Source: a virus (taxonomy: Duplodnaviria; Caudoviricetes). Taken from it: a stretch of DNA of 49,235 nucleotides. Both the position numbers and the translations under genes were made by a program. The notes beneath the pieces are model-generated. The model did no database searches. It was given only the letters and a program-made list of their open reading frames with translations, and was not told the DNA's origin. Numbering within the stretch: position 1 is the first letter of the stretch; each line of letters opens with the position of its first letter. Where the stretch lies: positions 1-49,235 of the IMG/VR virus record IMGVR_UViG_3300017548_000003, one strand, 5' to 3'. This document shows positions 16,374-25,334 of the stretch, piece by piece.

Positions 16374-16691
16374 TCAATTGGCTATTCGTTTCCTGCAATC
16401 TAAGTATGAGCGATTAGAAAACTCCACAGCCGATTCTTCCCTGTTTTCTGATCTGCTGAACTTTGGCATTTCATACGCCTGCATCACCAGCAACTGGACA
16501 ATCTTGCTGTCCCCTGCCCCATCCATCGCTTCCGTGATCGGTAAACCGCTCTGCCGCATCCGCATGACGTTGCCAGCGATGTCAGCAACCACCCGACAAG
16601 GATCATCAACCATCGACTTCTTCGGCTTGTCGTCGCCAGCGTGTGCAAAACCGGTCAGGCCCAGCAAGCAAACCAAAACAATCGCCCTCAT
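16374..16691 (-). CDS. Small exported protein (moron)
   Basis: Signal peptide MRAIVLVCLLGLTGFAHA; two Cys in the mature part. Confidence 0.7.
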   Translation of the reverse strand: MRAIVLVCLLGLTGFAHAGDDKPKKSMVDDPCRVVADIAGNVMRMRQSGLPITEAMDGAGDSKIVQLLVMQAYEMPKFSRSENREESAVEFSNRSYLDCRKRIAN

Positions 16692-16731
16692 GCCCATTCT
16701 CCGTATCAATTCGATACGGCCATCATACCCG

Positions 16732-17019
16732 TCACTCCCGCCGCATTTCCTCCAGCGCCGCCGCCTCCATCGTCCGGATGTCCTCGAAGAGCCGGTCGTA
16801 CTCCTCTCGATCCAGCCCTATACGGTCCATCTCGTGAAAGAGCACGTTGTAGTCCAGCCCTACCACGCCAGAGACACCGACGCGCCATTGCGACGACAGT
16901 CTGGAGAAGAGCGCCACGGCCTGGACATTCTCTGGCCACAGCGGCACATCACGCTCATAGTCTGATGCTGTAATGCCGAATGCGGCCGCCGCGCTACCGC
17001 CCGGGTCTTTCCCGTACAA
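16732..17019 (-). CDS. Tail assembly chaperone, C-terminal (gpT-like, DUF1799) frame
   Basis: LWPENVQAVALF...QWRVG...GLDY motif; reachable by -1 frameshift from the upstream chaperone. Confidence 0.85.
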   Translation of the reverse strand: MYGKDPGGSAAAAFGITASDYERDVPLWPENVQAVALFSRLSSQWRVGVSGVVGLDYNVLFHEMDRIGLDREEYDRLFEDIRTMEAAALEEMRRE

Positions 17020-17036
17020 ATAGACGGCGACCGTCT

Positions 17037-17345
17037 TCAGTTTCCCCGGCGCGCCCCGGCCAGTTCCCGTAGGTAGACGGTCAGAAACTCCGCTGCGGCG
17101 CCCGGGTAGTTGTCCAGCAGCACGGCCAGCGTTTCCTCGGAGAACTCGACGTCCTTGTCCTTCCAGCCGACCAGAACCTCCTGGACGGCATCCAGATCGA
17201 ACTTGTGGGCCGCCAGGAACGTCTCGCGCTCTGCCGCTGTCTTGTGCCGGAACTCGCAGTCGATGTCGAAGGGCTTTCCATCCCCGGGTGGCTGGATCGT
17301 GACCTTGGCCCGGAAGGTGGGGTTCGGCGTCAGTTTGATTGCCAT
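17037..17345 (-). CDS. Tail assembly chaperone (gpG-like)
   Basis: IKLTPNPTFRAKVTI...LLDNYPGAA...ARRGN; follows the tail tube gene. Confidence 0.85.
   Translation of the reverse strand: MAIKLTPNPTFRAKVTIQPPGDGKPFDIDCEFRHKTAAERETFLAAHKFDLDAVQEVLVGWKDKDVEFSEETLAVLLDNYPGAAAEFLTVYLRELAGARRGN
17040..17046 (-). other. -1 programmed ribosomal frameshift site GGGAAAC
   Basis: X XXY YYZ heptamer just before the chaperone stop; the -1 frame is open into 16732-17019. Confidence 0.85.
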
Positions 17346-17355
17346 GAACCCCCCC

Positions 17356-18018
17356 TTACACCAGCGGCTTGTAGCGCATGAAGTCCGGCGCCGCCATGGT
17401 CAGCACCAGCGCGTTCGTCATGATCTGGCCCTGGGTCAGGGACGGCTGCTTGTCGAAGCCCACGTACATCATGTACGGGATCTCGGAGCCGTTGGCCAGG
17501 ACGAGACGCACCGGCTGCGGAGTGAGAGACCTGTCGGCCGCCACCAGCGCGGCGAAGATGGCCGAATCGCCGCCATCGTCGGTGATCTGCATGGACAGGC
17601 TCTTGGCGTTTTTCACCGTCGGGATCTGCCGCTGGATGCGCTCGGCCAGGTACTGGAACTGATAGAACTGCTGATCGCCGCCGTTCATGGCCGGCTGGGT
17701 GATCTTCGGGATTTCCAGCCAGGTCGTGACCTTCTTGGCCTTTGCGGTGTTGGTCGCCGCCGGGAAGTTGGTGGTGTTGGTGGTGTCGAACCCACCCAGC
17801 TCAAAATCATCCGTCGAGCTTCCCTCGACGCGCAGGACCATGCCGTCCAGTTGCGCCCAGGGCGACGCCAGGGTGATGTAGTCTCCATCCGTGTAGCCGT
17901 GCGCGGCTGCGGTGGCGACCGCAGGGTCGGCGTTGGTGATTGCAGTGATGCTGACTTCGGACGCCAGCGCGGTGCCCAGGAACAGGCGGGCACCGTCGGG
18001 GAGGGTTTCTCCGGCCAT
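17356..18018 (-). CDS. Major tail tube protein
   Basis: ITAITNADPAVATAAAHG and GGDQQF motifs; start moved to MAGETL. Confidence 0.85.
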   Translation of the reverse strand: MAGETLPDGARLFLGTALASEVSITAITNADPAVATAAAHGYTDGDYITLASPWAQLDGMVLRVEGSSTDDFELGGFDTTNTTNFPAATNTAKAKKVTTWLEIPKITQPAMNGGDQQFYQFQYLAERIQRQIPTVKNAKSLSMQITDDGGDSAIFAALVAADRSLTPQPVRLVLANGSEIPYMMYVGFDKQPSLTQGQIMTNALVLTMAAPDFMRYKPLV

Positions 18019-18082
18019 GAGTAGCTCCAATAAAAAAAGCCGCACATGGCGGCACAGATGAAAAACCCGGCGCTGGGCCGGG

Positions 18083-18538
18083 TCAGTGAATGGTGTGGTG
18101 TTGCCGTTCTCGCTCAAGCTGAGCGGCTGCGACTTCTGGTGTGGTTTCGTCTGACATCATGCGGCTGAAAACATCTTCCATGCCGAAACCGTTGATTGCT
18201 CGAAACTGTCTGCTGGCATTGCTCATGGCGCCAACCACGAGCACCTGTATCTGCGCACACGCCTTGCGAAGATGCGGATAGTCGCCGGCCCAGTCCAGGG
18301 CAAAGCCGTCAGGTTCTATGCTGTGTCCCAGAGCCTGCCCCAGCCTGTCGCTGAAGTCAGAGAAGATCAGGAACATCGTGCCAATCGGCAGGGTCTCGCC
18401 GTCCACCGGAGCGCCGTTTTCTTTTGCTGCGCTTCGTAGCAGGTCAGAAATGCATCCGGGTGACATGCTCTTGCCATCTGCCAGAATCGCAAGCGACAGA
18501 GCTTTGCATAGCGTTGCCACGGCGAATCCTTCCATCAC
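18083..18538 (-). CDS. Hypothetical protein coupled to the KilA-N gene
   Basis: 151-aa ORF overlapping the kilA-N stop; followed by terminator-like hairpins. Confidence 0.6.
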   Translation of the reverse strand: MMEGFAVATLCKALSLAILADGKSMSPGCISDLLRSAAKENGAPVDGETLPIGTMFLIFSDFSDRLGQALGHSIEPDGFALDWAGDYPHLRKACAQIQVLVVGAMSNASRQFRAINGFGMEDVFSRMMSDETTPEVAAAQLERERQHHTIH

Positions 18539-19260
18539 GCGGCCCTCGGAAACACAAAGCCAAGCTGACCGCCGCGACCGGACACGGCCATCATGCGGGC
18601 CTTGAAATCCGCATAATCAACAGACGATGCGGCAATGGCTGTCACCAGGGCAATCTGGCGATCCAGAATGTCATGCCCGCCATCAGTCAACCACTGATGC
18701 ATCTTTTCCGATTGGTGGCGACGCACCTTCAATTCGGCGTGAACGTCAGCGGGCAGGATGCAGCCATAGACCCAGAGATCCGTGATTTGCGCGTACTGCA
18801 TCGGCGTGCCTGTGGTATGGCCCATGTAGCGCGTGTTCGTCATGCGGGCCAGCGCGTGGTAGTAGGACGGCGGAAAGCGCAATTCCCAGGCCGCTGCAGA
18901 CTCCCGCAGGAACATCGGAAGCAGATTGACGCTGCCCTCGGCGCGGATGCCATTGCGGATGATGGCGTCGATCTGCTCGTCGCACCAAACCGCGAAATCG
19001 TCACTGAGCCATTGGGCAAATCTGACAGCCAGCTTCGGATGAAGCCAAGTGCCGCCGCCCACGCCTCGCTTGGTTCTCAAATGCGGGATATTCCCGTATT
19101 TGCGCCTGAACGCCGCCAAATACGACGCTGTCCCTGGGAGTCGAAGCCATTCGTTCGGGGCCTTCCCAAACCTTTCAGCCGCCTCGGTCGCATTAAACCA
19201 ACCATCAGCCCGAAAGCTGTAGAGGTCGCCCTGAAAGTCGTACTTGATGATGTTGCTCAT
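18535..19260 (-). CDS. KilA-N domain plus P63C-like domain protein
   Basis: GWFNATEAAERFGK...GTWLHPKLAVRFAQWLS KilA-N; WELRFPPSYY...MHQWLT P63C-like C-terminus. Confidence 0.85.
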   Translation of the reverse strand: MSNIIKYDFQGDLYSFRADGWFNATEAAERFGKAPNEWLRLPGTASYLAAFRRKYGNIPHLRTKRGVGGGTWLHPKLAVRFAQWLSDDFAVWCDEQIDAIIRNGIRAEGSVNLLPMFLRESAAAWELRFPPSYYHALARMTNTRYMGHTTGTPMQYAQITDLWVYGCILPADVHAELKVRRHQSEKMHQWLTDGGHDILDRQIALVTAIAASSVDYADFKARMMAVSGRGGQLGFVFPRAA

Positions 19261-19292
19261 GCCGCTACTCCATGCCGCCTCAGTGAATAGGA

Positions 19293-19352
19293 TTGCGCGA
19301 CCAAAGCCGGAGGCGGTCCCGGCCTTTTCGGTAGCTAACCTAGGTCGCGCAA
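19293..19352 (-). ncRNA. C4-like antisense RNA upstream of kilA-N
   Basis: 10-bp outer stem TTGCGCGACC/GGTCGCGCAA; unpaired GCTAC and CCGCCTC are complementary to GTAGC and GAGGCGG at the kilA-N RBS. Confidence 0.6.
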
Positions 19353-19400
19353 AAACAAAGGCCGCCCAACCGGACGGCCTGAAATTGATTGATGGACGGG

Positions 19401-19811
19401 CTACTGAACAGCCATATACCGGCAGTCCATCGGGATCGTGTAGGTGCTGGTGTCCTGCAGGGCCGGGCGCTCGCGCATGGGCGTCGCCACCATCACAGTG
19501 AACCCAGCAAAGGTCATTCGGGCCTTGGCCGGGTACAGCGCGGTGATCGCTGCGGTCAGCGCCTCCGCTGCGGTCGGGCCGGTGCCGGCAGGACAGACAA
19601 CGCTCACCTGAAACAACCCTCGGTACTCGCTCAACTGCCCGGCCATGGTGTTGTCGACCGTGTCGGCCGGCAGCAGGAAGCAGCGCAGGTACGGGCCGGT
19701 CGCGGGCGGCTTAAACGCCACGTTCTCGAAGGCGACCGGAATGGCCGGCGTCTGTGCAGCAGCCCAGTCGGCCAGCGTCTTCTCGAAGGCGGCACGGATG
19801 ATGGCTTTCAA
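19401..19811 (-). CDS. Tail terminator (DUF4128-like)
   Basis: IPVAFENVAFKPP...YRGLFQVSV motif; TTG start overlapping the upstream stop. Confidence 0.8.
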   Translation of the reverse strand: MKAIIRAAFEKTLADWAAAQTPAIPVAFENVAFKPPATGPYLRCFLLPADTVDNTMAGQLSEYRGLFQVSVVCPAGTGPTAAEALTAAITALYPAKARMTFAGFTVMVATPMRERPALQDTSTYTIPMDCRYMAVQ

Positions 19812-20209
19812 AGCTGACCCCTGACGTAATCTCGGATGGCGTTGGGCAGGTTGGCGATGGTGATCCGCACCATGCCGGCCGGCGCCTTCGTGTGCGACCA
19901 ACCTTCGTATTCAATGCGCTTGGCATACGGCAGCGCAGTCGTGATGTAGAACTTCGGGCCGGCCTCCTGACTTTTGACCGCTGCGGCGATCTTGGTCAGA
20001 GTCGCGCCGCCGGCCTTGTCGGTCGTGTCGGTTGGGCCGTTCTTGGGCACGCTGACGCCGAACCCCCAGGAGCCGCGCAAGCGCCCGGTATCTACTGGCG
20101 TATTCATCACCACGCCCTGAGCGGCCAGAATCAGCGCCTGGCGCACGGCCTTGTCGATGTTCCCGTTGGCTTTCTCGACCAGGCGGGATAGGTCTACAGC
20201 GCCGCTCAT
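19808..20209 (-). CDS. HK97 gp10-like neck/tail completion protein
   Basis: TPVDTGRLRGSW and LPYAKRIEYEGWS...APAGMVR motifs. Confidence 0.85.
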   Translation of the reverse strand: MSGAVDLSRLVEKANGNIDKAVRQALILAAQGVVMNTPVDTGRLRGSWGFGVSVPKNGPTDTTDKAGGATLTKIAAAVKSQEAGPKFYITTALPYAKRIEYEGWSHTKAPAGMVRITIANLPNAIRDYVRGQL

Positions 20210-20583
20210 CGCCGCAACTGGCATTCGTAGAGGACCGGCACGCCAGCGGGCGCCGTAGCCTTCACGCTCACCACCGTGAAACTCTCCCCGAATGCCTGAA
20301 CACGGAACCCGGGGCCAATAGCCGCTGGGACTCCTTCGGGCGACAGATACAGATGCTTGTCCCCTGCTTCGATCAGGCTACCGGCCGTGAATGCCGCGCC
20401 TGACTGATGCAGGCCGAAGTCGAACACCACGCCAGTACAGGAATGCTCGATATCTGGCTGTGTCACCATGCCCTGGCCGGGGATGTATTCGGACGCCCCG
20501 GGCTGAATGAGCGTCACCGGGCCGCCCGCGTCCAGGATGGCGGCATGGGCGCCTTCGGCGATTGAGGGGTAGTCGATGGCCAT
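20206..20583 (-). CDS. Head-closure / head-tail joining protein
   Basis: SLIEAGDKHLYL...PAGVPVLYECQLR; position in the neck module. Confidence 0.7.
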   Translation of the reverse strand: MAIDYPSIAEGAHAAILDAGGPVTLIQPGASEYIPGQGMVTQPDIEHSCTGVVFDFGLHQSGAAFTAGSLIEAGDKHLYLSPEGVPAAIGPGFRVQAFGESFTVVSVKATAPAGVPVLYECQLRR

Positions 20584-20584
20584 G

Positions 20585-20761
20585 TCAGTCGTCCTCGTCC
20601 TCCGCCGCCGCGTCTTCGATCAACTGCGCCTTGCACATTTCCAACACGCCCACAGCCAGCGCATACGGCACCGTGCCGTCGTATTTGTGGATCGCTTCCA
20701 GCACGTCGCGCACCATGGCGCGGGACAGATCAGCGGGGCCAGACCGAAGCAAGTCCATCAC
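20585..20761 (-). CDS. Small acidic hypothetical protein
   Basis: 58-aa ORF coupled between the adaptor and head-closure genes. Confidence 0.5.
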   Translation of the reverse strand: MMDLLRSGPADLSRAMVRDVLEAIHKYDGTVPYALAVGVLEMCKAQLIEDAAAEDEDD

Positions 20762-21216
20762 GCCCTCACCACAGGCACATTCCACCCGCCGCCAGAAACC
20801 CAGCGGCGCAGCATCGAATCGACCGCCGCAAACCGCTTCTGGCCGCCGTTGACCGGCTCGGCATAGGTGGTGCTGATCGGGCCCACGGTCTGGCTCACGA
20901 TGGCGCGGGGATCGACGTCCGCCCACAAATCTCCAGTCTTGCAGGCCAGTTCGCAGCAGGCATTGACGATTTCACGCGGCACCACGCCAGGGGCGACATC
21001 ACGCGGCCAGGCCAGCGCCTGAGTATCGGTCGATTCGCCGCCCTTGAAGCTGTACTGCGCGTCCAGGTATTGGGTGGCGCGTCGAAGCCGGGCCTCTTGC
21101 GCGGGCTCGTCGCCGGCGAAGGTCAGGCCGTGGGCGGCGGCGTAGGTGGCGCAATCAGCCGCGCTCACGTAGCTGTCGGCGTCCGCCTTGCCGGTGCCGT
21201 CCTCAACGATCAACAT
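20758..21216 (-). CDS. Head-tail adaptor (DnaT-like ssDNA-binding family annotation)
   Basis: LIVEDGTGKADADSYVS...QALAWPR motif. Confidence 0.8.
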   Translation of the reverse strand: MLIVEDGTGKADADSYVSAADCATYAAAHGLTFAGDEPAQEARLRRATQYLDAQYSFKGGESTDTQALAWPRDVAPGVVPREIVNACCELACKTGDLWADVDPRAIVSQTVGPISTTYAEPVNGGQKRFAAVDSMLRRWVSGGGWNVPVVRA

Positions 21217-21689
21217 GTGATCTCCATTGGATAGTCGCGTCGCGGCTGGCTCAAGATGCGGTCTTCACTCCACCCTCTTCGCAAGCGATTCTTGATGGTC
21301 GTATACGGAAGGCCGCTGATCTCGGATAGCTCCATTGGTGACAGCCCAGCTATCCGCGGTGTATTCCTGCGGTTATTGGCCTGATCTTTTGGGCTGGCCC
21401 ATCGGCAATTTCCTGGCTCATAGTCCCCATTTACATCAATTCGCTCCAGCGAATGATCGGGCGATGGCTTTGTTCCCATATCCATCAAGAACGCCTCAAA
21501 ACTGGCCCTCCACCTGGAGCAAACCTTGATCCCTCTCCCGCCATATTCTGGCCACTGCTGCGCCGATTCATTCTCGCAGCGATAAATTGCATTTGCCCAG
21601 GCTCTATATTCAACGGACGATTCCAGGCCGTGCGTCCGGAGAAACCGCCCGGAACATTGATCGCGCTGGACCTTCAAAATTCGAGCCAT
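21210..21689 (-). CDS. Free-standing HNH homing endonuclease
   Basis: YGGRGIKVCSRW...SLERIDVNGDYEPGNCRWASPKDQANNRR plus C-terminal HTH; lower GC. Confidence 0.85.
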   Translation of the reverse strand: MARILKVQRDQCSGRFLRTHGLESSVEYRAWANAIYRCENESAQQWPEYGGRGIKVCSRWRASFEAFLMDMGTKPSPDHSLERIDVNGDYEPGNCRWASPKDQANNRRNTPRIAGLSPMELSEISGLPYTTIKNRLRRGWSEDRILSQPRRDYPMEITC

Positions 21690-21692
21690 GGC

Positions 21693-21983
21693 TTACACCC
21701 CCTCGCCGTCCTGGGCCGCAGCGTCCAGCAGAGCCTGCAGATCGGCCTTCTTTGCTTTCGGGTCGAACTCGATACCAAGTTCGACGAGCTTGCCGCGCAA
21801 TTCAGCCACGCCGAGCTTGTCGCTTACGCCCTTATCGCCCTCGCCGCCCTGGGCGGCGGCGTCTTGGCGCTCATACCCATCGGGCGCGAACTTGGCGTCG
21901 ATGATCTTGTAGCCTTGCGCGCGCAGTTCGGCCTTGCGCTCCGGGCTGACCGGATGCGGCTCATATGCGATTTTCTGTTCCAT
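21693..21983 (-). CDS. Capsid-adjacent protein with HeH/LEM-like C-terminus
   Basis: YEPHPVSPERKAELR; LGVAELRGKLVELGIEFDPKAKKADLQALL. Confidence 0.7.
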   Translation of the reverse strand: MEQKIAYEPHPVSPERKAELRAQGYKIIDAKFAPDGYERQDAAAQGGEGDKGVSDKLGVAELRGKLVELGIEFDPKAKKADLQALLDAAAQDGEGV

Positions 21984-22029
21984 GATCACCTCATGAGGTG
22001 GGCCAGCCCGCAGGCCGGCCCGGGTTGGA

Positions 22030-22998
22030 TTACTTGGCGGCGTCGCCGATGGTGACCACGCCGGCCGTGGCCTTCACGCTGGTCACGAACTGATCCCAGT
22101 TCGAGCCCGTGGCGATCTCGGCGTCGGTCGGGGACTTACCGCCGTTGGCGATGTCCCAGGCGTAGCCTTTCAGGCCCAGCGAGAAGGTGTAGTCGGCCTG
22201 AAAGGTCGTCTCGATCCGCTCCTTGCCGTTGCTCGACTCGATGTTGGTCACGATGTCGCTGCCGTCGTGAACGATGGCGGCGGCGTCGGCCAGAGACAGC
22301 ACCTTCTGCTTGTTGGGCGTGCCGGCCTCATAGAGCGCGGGCGCGTCGGTGACCACCACGGCCTTGCCGAGGATGTCCACGATCGTCACGCCCTGGGCCT
22401 TGAACAGATTTTCCGCGTTGGTCAGGTTCTGGCCGATGAGCTTGTGGAACACCTCCCCGGTCATGACCTGCGCGACCAGGCTATTCGAGGCATCGCCGAA
22501 CTTCGCATGCGCGCTGTTGATGGCGCTGTAAGTGATGCCCGCGGTGCCGGACACGTCATTGGTGGCCGCTGCGACATTGCTGATGGCCGCCACCAGAGCG
22601 GCGACCGACGTGTTCAGTTGGTCGGCGATGATCGCCTCGGCCATGTTGCGGCTGATGACCTCCAGCGCTTCGGCGGGATCCTTTTCGATCCAGGACAGTT
22701 GCGAGGGCTCCCACAGGATCGGGCCGAATCCGCCGGCGATCTTCACGGAGTTCTGCTGCAGTTGCGCCAGAGCGGTGGCCGACTGGGTGCCGTTGGTGGC
22801 GTAGCGATCAACCCGGCGTTGGGCCGAGTGCAGGCCCTTCCAGATGGATTCCTGGAGGAAGTCGCCGTCCACGCCCTGCGTGGTGAGGCGAATGGCGCCG
22901 TTGCTCGCGGCGTTGAACTTGTCGACCAGTTGGGCCAGGGTCTCGATGGTCGCCTGCTTGACGTACTGGCTGAAGACCTTCATGTTGGACAGTGCCAT
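22030..22998 (-). CDS. Major capsid protein
   Basis: 322 aa after the scaffold gene; FNAASNGAIRL...LKGYAWD...KSPTDAEIATGSNW motifs. Confidence 0.88.
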   Translation of the reverse strand: MALSNMKVFSQYVKQATIETLAQLVDKFNAASNGAIRLTTQGVDGDFLQESIWKGLHSAQRRVDRYATNGTQSATALAQLQQNSVKIAGGFGPILWEPSQLSWIEKDPAEALEVISRNMAEAIIADQLNTSVAALVAAISNVAAATNDVSGTAGITYSAINSAHAKFGDASNSLVAQVMTGEVFHKLIGQNLTNAENLFKAQGVTIVDILGKAVVVTDAPALYEAGTPNKQKVLSLADAAAIVHDGSDIVTNIESSNGKERIETTFQADYTFSLGLKGYAWDIANGGKSPTDAEIATGSNWDQFVTSVKATAGVVTIGDAAK

Positions 22999-23109
22999 GA
23001 TTTACCTCGTATGAAGAATTGCGCCCGGATGGGCAAGAGTTGAATTGCGAGGCATCCGCCTCAGTCGCCTGAGCCCATCCGAGCCCACAGCCAGAAAAAC
23101 GCCCTCTGT

Positions 23110-23862
23110 CTAGAGGGCGGACATATCGAATTTCGATGCAATGGCGGCTTTACGCTCGTCCGGCGTGCCGCCGAAGTTGCCCTTCGCGGTCTGATGGCCG
23201 CCACCACCGCCGCCAGCCCCGCCGCCGTTCGCGCCGGAGGACTTCAGGATCTGTTCCTTGTAGGGGTACTGATCCACCAGCGTTTCCAGGGCCTCATCGA
23301 AGTCGGCCAACTCGCCCGGGCGGGCGCGGCTGAAAATCTTGTTGCCGTGCGCGTCGTACGCCACGGTCTTGCCGTCCTCGACCTTGAAGGCCTGGCCGAA
23401 GCGGGCCTGCACCAGGTCGGCGGGGATGGCGAATTTGTCGGCGATCAGCTTGGAGCGGGCGAAGGCGCCGCCGATCTTCTCGGCGTAGAGTTGGTCTTCG
23501 TAGGCTTTGATCTTTCCTTGGGCGTCATCGAGTTGTGTCTGGTAGGCCTTGCCGATTTCCGCCTTGACTTTCTCGACCTCGCCGGCGTCGATCAGCTTCT
23601 TGCTGTCCAGATTGGCGACCGTTTCCAGCGCCTTGATGGCGGCGGCCGGATCTTCGATGCCATCGAAGGCCTTCAGCGCCTTTTCGGCGGCTTCGGCCCG
23701 CTCGCGGTGGGACTTCGCCTCGCCGTTCAGGCGCGAGATCGTCGTGCGCGTGCCCTCGATATCAAAGGCGGTTTCCTTGCCGTCGGTTTCGATCCACACG
23801 GGCTTGCCGTCTTGGATTTCGGCGTACTGCTTGCCGTCCACTTCAACCAGTTTCAAAGGCAT
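23110..23862 (-). CDS. Capsid scaffolding protein (DUF6651-like)
   Basis: Coiled coil with Gly-rich tail directly before the capsid gene; start moved to MPLKLV. Confidence 0.8.
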   Translation of the reverse strand: MPLKLVEVDGKQYAEIQDGKPVWIETDGKETAFDIEGTRTTISRLNGEAKSHRERAEAAEKALKAFDGIEDPAAAIKALETVANLDSKKLIDAGEVEKVKAEIGKAYQTQLDDAQGKIKAYEDQLYAEKIGGAFARSKLIADKFAIPADLVQARFGQAFKVEDGKTVAYDAHGNKIFSRARPGELADFDEALETLVDQYPYKEQILKSSGANGGGAGGGGGGHQTAKGNFGGTPDERKAAIASKFDMSAL

Positions 23863-23998
23863 GATTTGCTTCCCTATCGGCCATCCGGCCATGGTGCGAC
23901 ATCCGCCGCGTTGCGCCCTGGCCATCCGGCGTTCGGGCATGAAAAAGCCGCCCGAGTTGCCTGGGGCGGCCAGATACGAAAAGCCCGCCGAAGCGGGT

Positions 23999-24256
23999 CT
24001 ATTTGATGGGTTTCAACTCTACTTGCATCGGGACAATCAGCCCGCGCTTGTAGCACTCGGCGCAGATGTCCTTGTGAATCACGGTGCCGCGTGTTCGGCG
24101 GCCATTGTGAACGGATGCGCCGGCCTCGATGGTTGCGGCGGCACGTCCCCCGCAGCGATTGCACTGCAAAAGACCATCCGGGCGATCCATGCGGCGGATC
24201 CTGCGGCGCGTCTTTTCCTTCTCATCGGGCGCGGCAGGCGGGACGATGTAGAGCAT
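23999..24256 (-). CDS. Small zinc-ribbon protein
   Basis: CNRC and CAEC pairs in 85 aa. Confidence 0.6.
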   Translation of the reverse strand: MLYIVPPAAPDEKEKTRRRIRRMDRPDGLLQCNRCGGRAAATIEAGASVHNGRRTRGTVIHKDICAECYKRGLIVPMQVELKPIK

Positions 24257-24260
24257 CGGC

Positions 24261-25334
24261 TCATTCTATCCCCGCTCGCGCGAATGCGGCGTGATTTCGT
24301 TCGGCCAACTGGTCAAGCGTCAGGAGCCTGCCCTTGTCATTGTGGAAGGCCTGGATGTCCAGGCCGCCATCACGGAACAGCTTGCCGCGCGTCGGGCCCA
24401 GCACATCGTCCTGGACGCTGGCCGGCTGGCTTTTCAGCCACGGCCCGTAGGTCAGGTTCGCATCCACGTATCCGTCCTGGCTCGATTGCGTCCCGCTGAA
24501 TTTCGTCTGTCCCTTGAGCAGCCGCAGGCCTGTCGATCGGCATTGCCAGTGCGCGCGCCCAGGACCCCCCAAGTACGGATACTGATGACCGACCGGCTTA
24601 TGGCCGGGTGTGTATTCCAGCCCAGAGCGCAGCCGGCAGATATCGCTGGTGCGCCCGTCCAGGGTCGAGATCCAGACCTCGTTTCCCAGAATGTCGTCGT
24701 TCGCCTCAAAAAAATCCTCACGCGCTGACTGCGCCGTGTGGCCCAATGCCGTGCGGACCACACGCTCGACGCTGCGCCGGTCGCCTTCGAGCAGGCCGTC
24801 GGCATAGTTGTTTGCCCTGGTGCCCCTGATCTGCTGCACAATCTGGTTCGTCGTCTGGCCGGACAGGTATCCGATACGGATGGCGTCGCGGATGCGCAGC
24901 ATGCGGCTGCTTTCCATGCCGGCGGCCCACTCTTTCAGCAGCCGCCCCTGGAACGGGCGAGACAGCGCAGCCGCCCGGGCCTGGGCGGCCGTGATGCCGG
25001 CGAAGTCGACCTCGGGCACGGTATGCCGGTACAGGTTTCGGATGAACACCGCCTCGACCGGGGCCAGATCCTGCATAGCGCCCTTGATGCCTTGATGGAC
25101 CGCTACATAGGCCTCAGCGTTCAGCGTACGCACCGACTGCAACACCTCTTCGATCTGCTTCAAGCCGGCCGAGGCCGGCAGGCTATCGAGCGCCACCGCG
25201 ATGCGCTCCATGAGCGCCGCATCTGTGCGGTTCAGGATGGCGATGATGCGGCGGACCTCCGAGTTCGAATAGCGCGTCAGGTCGATCTGGTGGCGCGTCA
25301 TCGCATCCAGGACGCTGCGCGGGAGCGATGCCAT
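24261..25334 (-). CDS. Minor head protein (SPP1 gp7/MuF family)
   Basis: WISTLDGRTSDICR and AHWQCRS motifs; follows the portal gene. Confidence 0.88.
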   Translation of the reverse strand: MASLPRSVLDAMTRHQIDLTRYSNSEVRRIIAILNRTDAALMERIAVALDSLPASAGLKQIEEVLQSVRTLNAEAYVAVHQGIKGAMQDLAPVEAVFIRNLYRHTVPEVDFAGITAAQARAAALSRPFQGRLLKEWAAGMESSRMLRIRDAIRIGYLSGQTTNQIVQQIRGTRANNYADGLLEGDRRSVERVVRTALGHTAQSAREDFFEANDDILGNEVWISTLDGRTSDICRLRSGLEYTPGHKPVGHQYPYLGGPGRAHWQCRSTGLRLLKGQTKFSGTQSSQDGYVDANLTYGPWLKSQPASVQDDVLGPTRGKLFRDGGLDIQAFHNDKGRLLTLDQLAERNHAAFARAGIE

